DNA of 24,244 nt from a virus (lineage: Duplodnaviria; Caudoviricetes), in the IMG/VR virus record IMGVR_UViG_3300008255_000464, positions 1 to 24,244 of that record; one strand, given 5' to 3'. Position 1 is the stretch's first letter. The number at the start of each line of letters is the position of its first letter. Position numbers and translations under genes: made by a program. Shown in pieces: positions 1 through 8,861 of the stretch. The notes beneath the pieces are model-generated. The model saw only the letters and a program-made list of their open reading frames with translations. It did not search any database and was not told the DNA's origin.

Positions 1-176
1 GCTACCAAGTTAAAGGTAGTAGGGACAAGAAACATCCCATTATTCCTTTCAACTATCATCGAAGAGATCTCATCCTTGAAGGTGTTGACTAGCGGAAGCA
101 TGTCAGCATCCGTGAAGGTGGTGGAGTTCGTCTTCGTTTTGTAGCGAATGAGAGCGGCGAGCTGTGTACCTGTCAT
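1..176 (-). CDS. Probable head-tail adaptor protein, N-terminal part (runs off window start)
   Basis: Not in ORF track. Manual translation from ATG at 176: MTGTQLAALIRYKTKTNSTTFTDADMLPLVNTFKDEISSMIVERNNGMFLVPTTFNLV. Helical N-terminus typical of adaptors; follows head genes. Confidence 0.55.
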   Translation of the reverse strand, partial: MTGTQLAALIRYKTKTNSTTFTDADMLPLVNTFKDEISSMIVERNNGMFLVPTTFNLV

Positions 177-188
177 GATGTTTTTAGA

Positions 189-860
189 TTAGCGAACCCT
201 ATAAACTGCCGTGGCTGAAGTGGTGGCTGTGCCTTCTTGCGAATAGATCCTCATCACAAGATCTCCTACGCCCGGAGCAGTATATCCGTTAGGGCTGATC
301 AGAGGACTTGTGGTGGCAAAATCTCCGGTCAAGGTCGAGCTGTCATTTGAGAGGAAGCTCGCAGGAAGACCACTAGAGAGATTGAGCTTCACAGCACCCG
401 GAGAGTAATCAAGAACGGCTTGCTGTCTTCCGGGCTGATCGGTTGCACCGGCCAGACTTGAAGAAGTGAAGGAAACCTCATCGAACCAATAAACATCCAC
501 GAGATCTCCTGCCGGTGTTGAGCTAGCGACCACTCCGAACTTGGCTGTGGTGGTAGCAACAACATTGGTACTCCAGTTCACGATGATCTTGGATACCTCT
601 ATCTGCGTACCCGGCTCGTGAGGGAAGTTTGTGTAGTCTGATAAATCTGCCAAGAGTGTCGATGTGGCAGTGGTCTCGGCCGCCAATAGAAGGTGAGCGA
701 GAACATTGTCTACTGCATCGGATGACTCTACGATCTCATCGCCACGAGGGCTTGAGATCCTTGCCTCTACCTGACTGGCCAAGATGACCATAGAGAGGCC
801 GGCAAGAAAGGCGAGAAGAGTGATTGAAGCTGTCCTCGCAGTGATTTTAAGTGAATACAT
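189..860 (-). CDS. Hypothetical Ser/Thr-rich beta protein with N-terminal signal peptide/TM segment
   Basis: Likely start ATG 860 after an AT-rich leader: MYSLKITARTASITLLAFLAGLSMVILASQVEA (basic, hydrophobic, VEA cleavage-like). The upstream ORF extension runs through intergenic hairpins. Confidence 0.7.
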   Translation of the reverse strand: MYSLKITARTASITLLAFLAGLSMVILASQVEARISSPRGDEIVESSDAVDNVLAHLLLAAETTATSTLLADLSDYTNFPHEPGTQIEVSKIIVNWSTNVVATTTAKFGVVASSTPAGDLVDVYWFDEVSFTSSSLAGATDQPGRQQAVLDYSPGAVKLNLSSGLPASFLSNDSSTLTGDFATTSPLISPNGYTAPGVGDLVMRIYSQEGTATTSATAVYRVR

Positions 861-953
861 GATTTTAATGATTATTTTTAATCTGAAGCCCATTCCTTGG
901 CTTCTGTAAGAAGAGGAGACAATGGCGACTCCTCTTCTCCGAGAAGACAACGA

Positions 954-1961
954 TTATGTTGCCACTGGCGTAACAGCAACGAGGTCGGTCTTGGCTTCTG
1001 GTGTAACCACAGCGCCGATGACCAATACATTGGTGTTTCTTCCAGATGTTGCAGTAGCAAAGTTGGTAACAGAGTACACACGAGGATACCCAAAGTTGAG
1101 CGTACCCTTGACTGTGCTAGTACCAGTCTGCACTGCTTCTGCCAGAGCCGCACCACCTGCCGAGTCAACGGAAGCAGTGAAGCTACAATCCTCAAAGTTA
1201 TTGGCAAAGAGGATGTCTCCAACGGCCGCCAATCGAATGAATGTGGCAGTTGAAGAACTTGAAGAGATCAAGAAGTTACACCTTACAAACTTGTTGCTCT
1301 TGAACTCTTGGCTAGTCGTTACCTGATCGATAGACATGACGGCTCGTGCCGCACTTGTGAGAAGCGTATCAGCACCGAACTCGCACTCTATGAAAGAGCC
1401 AGAGTCTTCGCCACATACGACCTCAAAAGCATTAGTCTGATCAAGGTTATCTACTACACCAAAGGTGAAAGAGCAGTTTTTGTAGAGGTTTCCTTCTCCT
1501 CCCATCTCGGCTACATGCAACGCTGTTGCTTCAGTCGAGTTCTGGATGAACTTGATATTCCTGAAGCTATTGCGTACGCCTGTAACTTTGATCACATATG
1601 CTTCGCTGGCATCTGAAGCAGTTACTACCTTCGTGCCTTGCTGAACAAGGCGATCTCCCCCATCCAAACCGATGACATGTACTCGGTTTTTAGTCCAATC
1701 AATGCCTTCGGTTAGAGTGTGGGAGTTATGAGCAGTCAAGAGGATCATGTCGTTCCTATTGCTCGTTACGGCCGCATAAGCGGCATTGAGCGTAGTAAAG
1801 ACATTCTTACTGCCATATCTCTGTGAGATGAGGTTGAAGTCATCGTCAGAGTCCTCTACGACCCAAAAGATCTGGCCTGTCGACCTGACATTGAGTCTTA
1901 ACGCATCCTCAAGCACGGCGAGCCGTGTTCGATCTGCGATTTCTGCTTGGAAGTTACCCAT
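954..1961 (-). CDS. Right-handed beta-helix (pectate-lyase-like) virion/head fibre protein
   Basis: Cap motif FTTLNAAYAAVTSNRNDMILL and repeated beta-coil units (NSFRNIKF, NLYKNCSF, SFIECEF, KFVRCNF, NFEDCSF); lies in head module. Confidence 0.7.
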   Translation of the reverse strand: MGNFQAEIADRTRLAVLEDALRLNVRSTGQIFWVVEDSDDDFNLISQRYGSKNVFTTLNAAYAAVTSNRNDMILLTAHNSHTLTEGIDWTKNRVHVIGLDGGDRLVQQGTKVVTASDASEAYVIKVTGVRNSFRNIKFIQNSTEATALHVAEMGGEGNLYKNCSFTFGVVDNLDQTNAFEVVCGEDSGSFIECEFGADTLLTSAARAVMSIDQVTTSQEFKSNKFVRCNFLISSSSSTATFIRLAAVGDILFANNFEDCSFTASVDSAGGAALAEAVQTGTSTVKGTLNFGYPRVYSVTNFATATSGRNTNVLVIGAVVTPEAKTDLVAVTPVAT

Positions 1962-2038
1962 AGCGTTTTAGCATCCGGTTGTTAAGTGTGTCCTTCGGCA
2001 CTGCCGGATACGATTTGAGAAGGACTTTTAAGCTCGGA

Positions 2039-2374
2039 CTATCCGAGAGCCATCCAAGACAACTGCTCACTTATTACATTGAGGTCAGTGTCTAGGCCTA
2101 CTGTGAAGCCATAGGATAGCTGTGTAATGCCCAGTGTAGTAATGAGAGATTGATCACCGGCCTTCGCTGTCTTCCATGCGGAAGCGGCGGCCATGCCGTG
2201 ATACCACTCTACTGCGACTGCACCAGAGCTATCTAGGTTCTGAACCTTCACATACAACGGCTTGTAGCCGGTAGTGATGGTAAAGGCGGCGGCTGTATCA
2301 GTAGTGATATAGCGACCAACGGTCATCTGCATGACAGATGCACTATTCTTTACCTGTGTGCTTGTTATAGCCAT
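2039..2374 (-). CDS. Small beta-rich virion protein (probable capsid decoration)
   Basis: 111 aa, Thr/Gly-rich (ITTGYKPLYVKVQN), two genes downstream of the MCP. Confidence 0.5.
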   Translation of the reverse strand: MAITSTQVKNSASVMQMTVGRYITTDTAAAFTITTGYKPLYVKVQNLDSSGAVAVEWYHGMAAASAWKTAKAGDQSLITTLGITQLSYGFTVGLDTDLNVISEQLSWMALG

Positions 2375-2450
2375 TTGACAAACCCTTCTACTTTCGCTCC
2401 TTTCGGACTTTCGGCGAAGGGCAACTAAATGATCGTGCTGTTAATGCTGA

Positions 2451-3131
2451 CTAGGAGAGAGCTTTCGCCTTATCCTTGTCAGAGTCGATGAGCGATGTCT
2501 GGAGCGCACGATCGGTCTGCTCCTGACTGTTCATGATGACATTGGCAACCTGCTCCGGCATCTCAACATAGGTATTCTTTGGGAAATCTAGTCGATAGCC
2601 ATTAAGGTTCACAGTCATCAGAACAGACTTATGCTCACCCGGCGCACGAGGCACGAGAACTCGAACTCTTCGCTGTTTAAGCAAAGCTTTCTTCATTATC
2701 TCGGCCTTGCTACCTCTATCTGGATCAGTTAGATCGCCACCGACATAAATCTTGCCGGCAACCTTCTTGTACTGATACTGGCGAAGATAGTCAGGATCTT
2801 CTTCCGGCTCTTCTGCCTCCTCCGCCTTTGGAGCGAGCTTGGCAGGAGTTCGGGAAGAGCGTGCCTTTGGAGCAGGAGCTTCCTCCTCATCCTCTGGCTC
2901 ATCTTCATCCTCCTCATCAGAGTCATCAGAGATGCGCTCTTCATCCTCATCTTCACCTTCGGACTCGTCTTCATCAGACTCATCCTCACCATCATCGCCC
3001 TTGGCTTCATCGCCGGCATCTTCCTTGGCTTCAGAGATGAGTGCCTCTAAATCGGCAATCTTCTCCTCACCGGTAAGTTCGATACCAAGCTCTTCAGCTT
3101 CAGCTATGAGGTTTTCCTTTTTTGTAGCCAT
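2451..3131 (-). CDS. Post-MCP protein: Rho-N/HeH-like N-terminal helix pair, acidic linker, conserved C-terminal domain
   Basis: N-term TKKENLIAEAEELGIELTGEEKIADLEALI; D/E tract; C-term VNLNGYRLDFPKNTYVEMPEQVANVI resembles the protein that commonly follows N4-gp56-type capsid genes. Confidence 0.6.
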   Translation of the reverse strand: MATKKENLIAEAEELGIELTGEEKIADLEALISEAKEDAGDEAKGDDGEDESDEDESEGEDEDEERISDDSDEEDEDEPEDEEEAPAPKARSSRTPAKLAPKAEEAEEPEEDPDYLRQYQYKKVAGKIYVGGDLTDPDRGSKAEIMKKALLKQRRVRVLVPRAPGEHKSVLMTVNLNGYRLDFPKNTYVEMPEQVANVIMNSQEQTDRALQTSLIDSDKDKAKALS

Positions 3132-3225
3132 GTGTGTGGTACGAGTTATCCATTGAAGAAATCAATGGTGGGTTTTAATACCATGGCGGAAATCATTGAA
3201 AGTAATCAGTGGAAGTAATCAAAAG

Positions 3226-4182
3226 TTAGGCGGATACGGCGTGTTCGATGCGCACAGCGAAGTTCTCATTGAGTCTCTTCGCTACGAATGTTGCCTTCCA
3301 ACCTGAAGTAGCACGCTGATCGAGAGGGTCGGCTGTACCTGCTGATCCAAGTGGCTTCACAATGTTCTTCATTGCTTCGCCGGAGATGCGAGAGATACCG
3401 TAGTATTCTGCACCGAGGATCAAAGTAAGGTGAACCGTAGTCAAGGAACCAGTGGTGGTGGCCGCATTGGTGGTCATGACGAAGCGAACATCGTCAAGAG
3501 CGCCAACTTCGCCTTCCATTGCATCCTTAGGATTGGCGTATTCCTCAACAGGGATCCATCCGGTCTCATTCTTGAGATCGTATAGAGTGCTGTGAGAGAT
3601 AATGCCAATAAAGGCGGCATTGATCGGTGAAGTGTTGAAGCCATCAGTGGCGTTCATCATGCGAGTAATCTTCCTTGCATCGTTGCCTTGGAGAGTCCGG
3701 ACTGCTTCTCGAACTTCCTGACGAGTGAGCTTCATTGAAGAAGACACTGTGTCAGTAGATGTAGCGGTAGAGGCGTACTGGATAGTAGAGCCGGCTACCA
3801 TAACATCTCTTGCGATCTGGTCGAGAGTGTTTCCGGCCTGCTGACCAAGAAGGTCGGCAGTCTCCGTTAGGATTGGATCAAGGGTAGTGAACTGAAGGTA
3901 ATCAGTAAGGGTAACAAAGTCCCCATATTGAGCTACGGTGGCATCAACATTGGTGATGCTCAACTGCGAACCGGAAGGCGTGATGCCCTCGGAAAGAGCT
4001 GTTGTAGCGGCAGTCAAGAGATCGTATCTACGGAAGCGGATAGCTCCGGACTGATTGCGAGGAAGGTCTCTCACTTGCGCCCACCTTAGGTGAACGAGGA
4101 GAGGTCGAGCCGCCTTGAGCAATGATCTGTCATAAAAGACATTCACCGCCGCCGGGACTTGTGTAGTGGTTGTATCACTCAT
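3226..4182 (-). CDS. Major capsid protein, N4-gp56 family
   Basis: 318 aa; motifs FYDRSLL, IRFRRY, LSEGITP, QYGDFVTLTD, EGEVGALDDVRF, KPLGSAGTADPLDQRATSGWK. Confidence 0.93.
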   Translation of the reverse strand: MSDTTTTQVPAAVNVFYDRSLLKAARPLLVHLRWAQVRDLPRNQSGAIRFRRYDLLTAATTALSEGITPSGSQLSITNVDATVAQYGDFVTLTDYLQFTTLDPILTETADLLGQQAGNTLDQIARDVMVAGSTIQYASTATSTDTVSSSMKLTRQEVREAVRTLQGNDARKITRMMNATDGFNTSPINAAFIGIISHSTLYDLKNETGWIPVEEYANPKDAMEGEVGALDDVRFVMTTNAATTTGSLTTVHLTLILGAEYYGISRISGEAMKNIVKPLGSAGTADPLDQRATSGWKATFVAKRLNENFAVRIEHAVSA

Positions 4183-4257
4183 TTCTCGTGTGTACTAGAG
4201 ATTATGCCCTCTAGCTTGGCCATTAAGGAGAATGTGAGATGACCACAATCTCCGCTA

Positions 4258-5034
4258 TTAAGCTTTGAACTTACCTGTCCTGACATCGTGCTGAAGTGTC
4301 TCCAACTCGGCATCAGTCATCTTGTTGATCTCTTCAGGAGAAGGCATACCGCTTGATCTGCCCGAAGATCTCTTGGAGTTACCTGCTCCACGCACTTTTC
4401 CGGCCTGTTTGTCAGCAATACTCTTCTTCTTGGCTCCGGATGCTTGCGCAACCTCGAAGGCAAGATGATGGAATATCACTGCCGGTGGAACGCCTTTGTA
4501 GGCAGGATGCTTCATGTAGACACGAATAGCTCGGTCGTACTTTTTGGCATCTGGTTCTGCGCCATAAAGGTCTTTCAGGTCAGTCTCATCAGCTCCCTTG
4601 GATATATGATCCAAAACAGGTTTAAGAGCTTTAGCGACCTGCTTCTGAACGCCAGATTTGGCTTCAGGTGTAAGGTCATCGTCATCATCAGAGGTATCAT
4701 CTTCACCATCGCCTTCGCCCTTGCGGAGCTTGTCGATAGTCTTATTCTTGCGAGCAATGATATTCTGCTGATCGAATAGCTTACGAGTAGGAACAACAGG
4801 TTCGGCATCGGCATCGGACTTTGAAGACTTCTTGCCTTTAGAAGATGATTGACCCTCATCTTCTTCTCCGTCTTCTTCAGAGTCATCAGACTCCTCACCT
4901 TCGGCTTCTTCCTGATCTTCATCAGAGGCATCGCCGTCTTCTCCTCCTTCATCTTCAGACTCGGTGTCGTCAGTGGATGTGTCTTCATCCTCTTCAGTCT
5001 CCTCGTCTTCAATGGTTTCGTCTACATCTGCCAT
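4258..5034 (-). CDS. Capsid scaffolding protein
   Basis: Directly upstream of MCP; very acidic N-terminus, helical body, C-terminal INKMTDAELE motif. Likely start ATG 5034 (MADVDE). Confidence 0.75.
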   Translation of the reverse strand: MADVDETIEDEETEEDEDTSTDDTESEDEGGEDGDASDEDQEEAEGEESDDSEEDGEEDEGQSSSKGKKSSKSDADAEPVVPTRKLFDQQNIIARKNKTIDKLRKGEGDGEDDTSDDDDDLTPEAKSGVQKQVAKALKPVLDHISKGADETDLKDLYGAEPDAKKYDRAIRVYMKHPAYKGVPPAVIFHHLAFEVAQASGAKKKSIADKQAGKVRGAGNSKRSSGRSSGMPSPEEINKMTDAELETLQHDVRTGKFKA

Positions 5035-5164
5035 GATTTTGTGGATTAACACGGCTTCTCTGCAATGGCCTCACAGAGCATGCCGGGCGGAAATAATGTT
5101 GAGTCCGGACTGGGACTCATCTCTAGGCGACAGTGCCAGAAATGAGTCTCACTCCTCGACTTTC

Positions 5165-5485
5165 TCATGTATCCGTGTCGGGAGTATTTTGAGCGTATGG
5201 ATCAAAGTTGGTGGTCTTGCTATCAGGAGATGTGAGCCAAGACTTTATATTTTGAGGAGTATTCTTGAGCTGTTTGAGATACTTGATCTTTGCCTTCACA
5301 AGCTCGTTCTCTAGCTTATATTGCTCCGCAGGAAGGTTCTTAAACTCTTCGTCATTGGCGGAGTTCTCAATATGCTCAATACTTTCGTTGAGAGCATCTA
5401 CGATCACTTGCCAGAAATCACCCTGCACCCCTTGATCAAGGATGGCTTCTATCTCTGCCGGCTTCTTTGTCTTTATATTGCTCAT
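5165..5485 (-). CDS. Conserved small helical protein between portal and scaffold
   Basis: 106 aa, ATGA overlap with portal stop, FWQVIVDAL plus coiled coil. Confidence 0.65.
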   Translation of the reverse strand: MSNIKTKKPAEIEAILDQGVQGDFWQVIVDALNESIEHIENSANDEEFKNLPAEQYKLENELVKAKIKYLKQLKNTPQNIKSWLTSPDSKTTNFDPYAQNTPDTDT

Positions 5486-7434
5486 TGTGTTTGTGTGGCC
5501 GGAGCCGGCTTATTATTGCCTGCCTCACCTCTATTGGCCGGAGAGGTAGGAAACTGCGGTTGCTGTTCGGGAGGGAAGAGATCTGGTCTATTCCTTCTCA
5601 AGAGCATGAGCTGTTTATGCCTTCTGACATGAGCGAGAGTGGTCGGGTTCTGATCTGCCTTGGCGTGGATCTCAATGTGAGTCTTATGATCATCCTGCAC
5701 ATCGATCTTCGGAAGATTGCCCTTGTTGAGCGACTGGTTCTCGTCTTCAGCATGCAACTCGTCAATGGTGGGAGGGAAGATCATGTCTAGCTCTTCCTTT
5801 GGCGCACCGGTGAGCCGACCGAGCTTCCGTAGCACAAAGCGCCTGTTAGTGTTTGGATCTTGCAGAGCGAAGGATGCAAACTGACTGAAAGACTGCTGAT
5901 CCCTCAAGCGCTTCTGCTCCGATATAACCTTAGAACTTATTTTAACATCAGGGTCAATGGTTGCAATAATGTTATCCCTACTCAAAGGCCTCCATATTGG
6001 AGCGAGAGCGCCTTGGATGCGCACGACCTTCTCATCGATCTTGTCTTTGAAGAAGATCTTGTAGTTCATGTACCAGAGTCTCCAGAACTTGCCCTCGGAG
6101 ATACCGAAGACTTTGGCGCTCATGGAGTACCGAGTATCCACCTTTGAGGATACAAGCTCAAGCTCTCCAAGAGTTCTCTGTGAACTAGAGACCTGACCTT
6201 GCTGTATCTCTGGCGTTGCTGTGGCTCTCTGTGCGGCGGTATCGAGGATCTCCATGATCACTGATACATAGGCGTGAGCATTGGACTTCTGCACCGGCTG
6301 TATAGCATTGTCGACACGGCCATCTACTCCGATGAACTTATTGATCTTGAAGTTTAGATCATTCTTATTCTTAATGCGTGTCTGATCGAAGACATAGGTC
6401 GGAGTAACTTCGCCCTTGGCACTGATCATACCAATATTCAAAAGCACAGCTCTTGCTCTCTGCTTGTCTTCAGTGAGATCCGGGATAGATACGCCATCCC
6501 AATCTTTGGCCATAGGATAAAGCGCACGATCTTCGATAGGCCACTTGCCGTTATATTTTTCGAGTCTCTCAAAGCGTACGATCTTGGATCTCTCTTCAGC
6601 GAGAGTAACGAGGATCTTCTTGCCCTTGAAGTGCGTGTACCACTCTATCAATGGAAACTCGTAGTTGCCATACTTGGAAAGCATCTCGCCTCTCTGTGGA
6701 AAGTTCTCACGGCCTTGAGCTTCATTGCGAGCTTGCTCTACTTCTCGTGTGAGAGAGTTGACCTCACCGCCCTTCTTGATGTTATTGATATTGAAATAGC
6801 CGGGATGATCCCTCATCTCCCAATAGGTCATACCGATCTCACGACCACCAAAGCGCATAGATCCACGGCCTCTCATGTCGCCATTGACTGACTTGGCGTT
6901 AGGATCACGAAGCCATGTGGCCGCATCGATCACCTCCGGTATAGGAGCCATGATGCCTTCAGAGCGCTCGAAGTCCATCTGAAGTGAGAGACCACGGCCG
7001 AAGAAGCAGGCATCCCAGTTCCAGTCGTAGTCATGCTCTGCTTTCTGCATGACTGTGTAATCAAACTCCGAGAGGTAGTTGAGGTTCTCCTCGATGTCCT
7101 CATCACCCTTGCCTCCTCTGCCCTCCCATTGAACAGCAAGCTTGTCATCCCATAGTGCGGCGAAGATAGTATTGAAAACAGTGAACATCAAAGGATCTCC
7201 GACAGCTTCGGGATCTCTCTTCTGATTGTTATATAACTTCAAGCGCAAAAGGTTCTGCTTCCTCTTGGCCTCCATAAACTTATAGGCAATATCATATTCC
7301 TCGTTGACCTGCTTCACGAGGCGCTTCTGCTCTCTGGCCGAGAGCTTTTTCATAACAAAATCCTCCTTGGAGTCATCATACTCCTCGTATTCAAGCTCTT
7401 CGTATGCGATTTGATCTAGGTCTAGTTGAGCCAT
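5482..7434 (-). CDS. Portal protein (large P22/N4-like type)
   Basis: 650 aa between terminase and scaffold; WDGVSIPDLTEDKQR, ATPEIQQG, RTLGE, and C-terminal QDDHKTHIEIH motif. Confidence 0.88.
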   Translation of the reverse strand: MAQLDLDQIAYEELEYEEYDDSKEDFVMKKLSAREQKRLVKQVNEEYDIAYKFMEAKRKQNLLRLKLYNNQKRDPEAVGDPLMFTVFNTIFAALWDDKLAVQWEGRGGKGDEDIEENLNYLSEFDYTVMQKAEHDYDWNWDACFFGRGLSLQMDFERSEGIMAPIPEVIDAATWLRDPNAKSVNGDMRGRGSMRFGGREIGMTYWEMRDHPGYFNINNIKKGGEVNSLTREVEQARNEAQGRENFPQRGEMLSKYGNYEFPLIEWYTHFKGKKILVTLAEERSKIVRFERLEKYNGKWPIEDRALYPMAKDWDGVSIPDLTEDKQRARAVLLNIGMISAKGEVTPTYVFDQTRIKNKNDLNFKINKFIGVDGRVDNAIQPVQKSNAHAYVSVIMEILDTAAQRATATPEIQQGQVSSSQRTLGELELVSSKVDTRYSMSAKVFGISEGKFWRLWYMNYKIFFKDKIDEKVVRIQGALAPIWRPLSRDNIIATIDPDVKISSKVISEQKRLRDQQSFSQFASFALQDPNTNRRFVLRKLGRLTGAPKEELDMIFPPTIDELHAEDENQSLNKGNLPKIDVQDDHKTHIEIHAKADQNPTTLAHVRRHKQLMLLRRNRPDLFPPEQQPQFPTSPANRGEAGNNKPAPATQTQ

Positions 7435-7439
7435 GATGC

Positions 7440-7889
7440 TTATTTATGCTTCGGCGCTACCCCTTCCTCCATCTGCACGACCTCTCCGTGAGTGAGACAC
7501 ATCCAGTAGAAGCTTCCATCGACCTTATTTTCTCTGGTCTGCCACTGGCATTTATCTTCACCCTGTTCTCTAGCCAGTGCCTTTGCTTCTTGTGCCTGCT
7601 TCTCAAGCGGATCTTCTTTCTTGAAGTTCGGATCACTGATCTTATCAATGACCTTCATTGCCGAAGAGAGAATGATCTGCTCTCCTTGCTCTAACTCGTG
7701 TGGAGAGTATGGAGTCCTGCGTAGTCCTATCTTCCAGAGGATCAACCGGAAGATCCGTGGTTTGTATGAAAAATGGTGCTGATAGATGTCGCCACCTTCA
7801 GCGAACAAATACTGAAATGTTGTGCCGAACTGCATCACATAGATGAAGCGATCCTCGTACTTCATCTTTCGCAGACATGAGATTATCAT
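7440..7889 (-). CDS. Hypothetical protein with C-terminal Cys/His cluster
   Basis: 149 aa ORF, ATGA-coupled to upstream gene; C...CLTH...H at the C-terminus. Confidence 0.6.
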   Translation of the reverse strand: MIISCLRKMKYEDRFIYVMQFGTTFQYLFAEGGDIYQHHFSYKPRIFRLILWKIGLRRTPYSPHELEQGEQIILSSAMKVIDKISDPNFKKEDPLEKQAQEAKALAREQGEDKCQWQTRENKVDGSFYWMCLTHGEVVQMEEGVAPKHK

Positions 7890-8221
7890 CCCTCATCTCT
7901 GCTAGCTGACAATGCCTCTCCTTGATAGTTACCGAACTCTTTGTCGGTCATCTTGGAGATGTCTTTGGCCTTGCCAACAGCGTATGCAACTACTTCAAGA
8001 GATGCAGATGTGTTTGTGTTGCCATCTCTCTCACTCTGGTTCTTGCTACTCAAGTTCACCTCGATGACCATCTTGTAGTTCTTACCGGTCTCCCAATCTT
8101 TGATCTCCGGTATCTGTTTGGAGTTCACATGGAAGGAAGGATACCAGTAAGGTACTGGATCTTCATCCTTCATATAGGATGGCTTCTTCTTCTTAACTTT
8201 GATGGGTTTGAGGTTAGGCAT
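7886..8221 (-). CDS. Hypothetical protein
   Basis: Likely start ATG 8221 (MPNLK), overlapping the upstream stop; IPEIKDWETGKNYKMVIEV beta-rich domain. Confidence 0.6.
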   Translation of the reverse strand: MPNLKPIKVKKKKPSYMKDEDPVPYWYPSFHVNSKQIPEIKDWETGKNYKMVIEVNLSSKNQSERDGNTNTSASLEVVAYAVGKAKDISKMTDKEFGNYQGEALSASRDEG

Positions 8222-8516
8222 TTTGAGGAGCATTAGTGCCGTGGGAGGAGCTGACAAACCTTGAAAGTAGTGCTTTTATTTTACTCCACATACCAGAGAA
8301 AGTCGATTTGAAAAAGCCAGTTATCCCCACCTTCTGATTTTTCTTTTTCTCGGAGAGAAGTTTCTCTGTCTCATTGATCTTTCTGACCTTGGCTTGAGTG
8401 GTCTGCTTTCGTGAGAGTAGGAGATTTCTACGATCCAGTCTCTTCTTGGCTAGAGATTGAGTGTGGCGAGTGTGCCATGCGCTGTTTCTCTTGGATTGTG
8501 CAATGCCTTTCATCAT
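8214..8516 (-). CDS. Hypothetical basic protein
   Basis: 100 aa K/R-rich ORF tightly packed between neighbours. Confidence 0.55.
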   Translation of the reverse strand: MMKGIAQSKRNSAWHTRHTQSLAKKRLDRRNLLLSRKQTTQAKVRKINETEKLLSEKKKNQKVGITGFFKSTFSGMWSKIKALLSRFVSSSHGTNAPQNA

Positions 8517-8518
8517 GG

Positions 8519-8797
8519 CTATTTGTTTTTCTTACTCAACTTTTTAGCTCGCTTCAGAACTCTCTCTTTGGCTACATTGGCCATAAACTTCGTCTTATAG
8601 CCCTCTGTAACCTTGCCGGATATATCAAAGGCCGGAACATTGTCCGGGACTTTCTGACCTTGCTTGATGGCCTTGTAGTCAGCATCAGCTCTTGCACGCC
8701 TGATGTTAGAAGGAATAGACATGGCCGAACCGAGAGCGTTACCGAACAACTTGCCGGCTTTTTTTAGATTTGGCTTGTAAGCATCAGAGATTGACAT
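8519..8797 (-). CDS. Hypothetical basic protein
   Basis: 92 aa K-rich ORF immediately after terminase large subunit. Confidence 0.6.
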   Translation of the reverse strand: MSISDAYKPNLKKAGKLFGNALGSAMSIPSNIRRARADADYKAIKQGQKVPDNVPAFDISGKVTEGYKTKFMANVAKERVLKRAKKLSKKNK

Positions 8798-8803
8798 AGA
8801 TAT

Positions 8804-8861
8804 ATTTTATCACAAAAAACTCATCCTTTGGCGTAAGGATCGAAGCTTTCATTGTGGATAA
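8804..8861 (-). promoter_or_regulatory. Putative extended -10 promoter (TGaTAAAAT) with perfect DnaA box inside the terL 3' end
   Basis: -10 at 8804-8809, TTATCCACA at 8853-8861, gap 43 nt; no good -35. Confidence 0.5.

Noticed and set aside
1918-1931. Operator-like GCGAGCCGTGTTCG
   Set aside because: 2-nt insertion, inside coding sequence, no promoter context.
1962-2041. Readthrough or frameshift fusing 2039-2374 to 954-1961
   Set aside because: Readthrough frame hits TAA after 18 codons, and the downstream frame has TAA three codons before its ATG.
5040-5048. DnaA-like TAATCCACA
   Set aside because: Immediately before the scaffold start codon, no phased -10 downstream.
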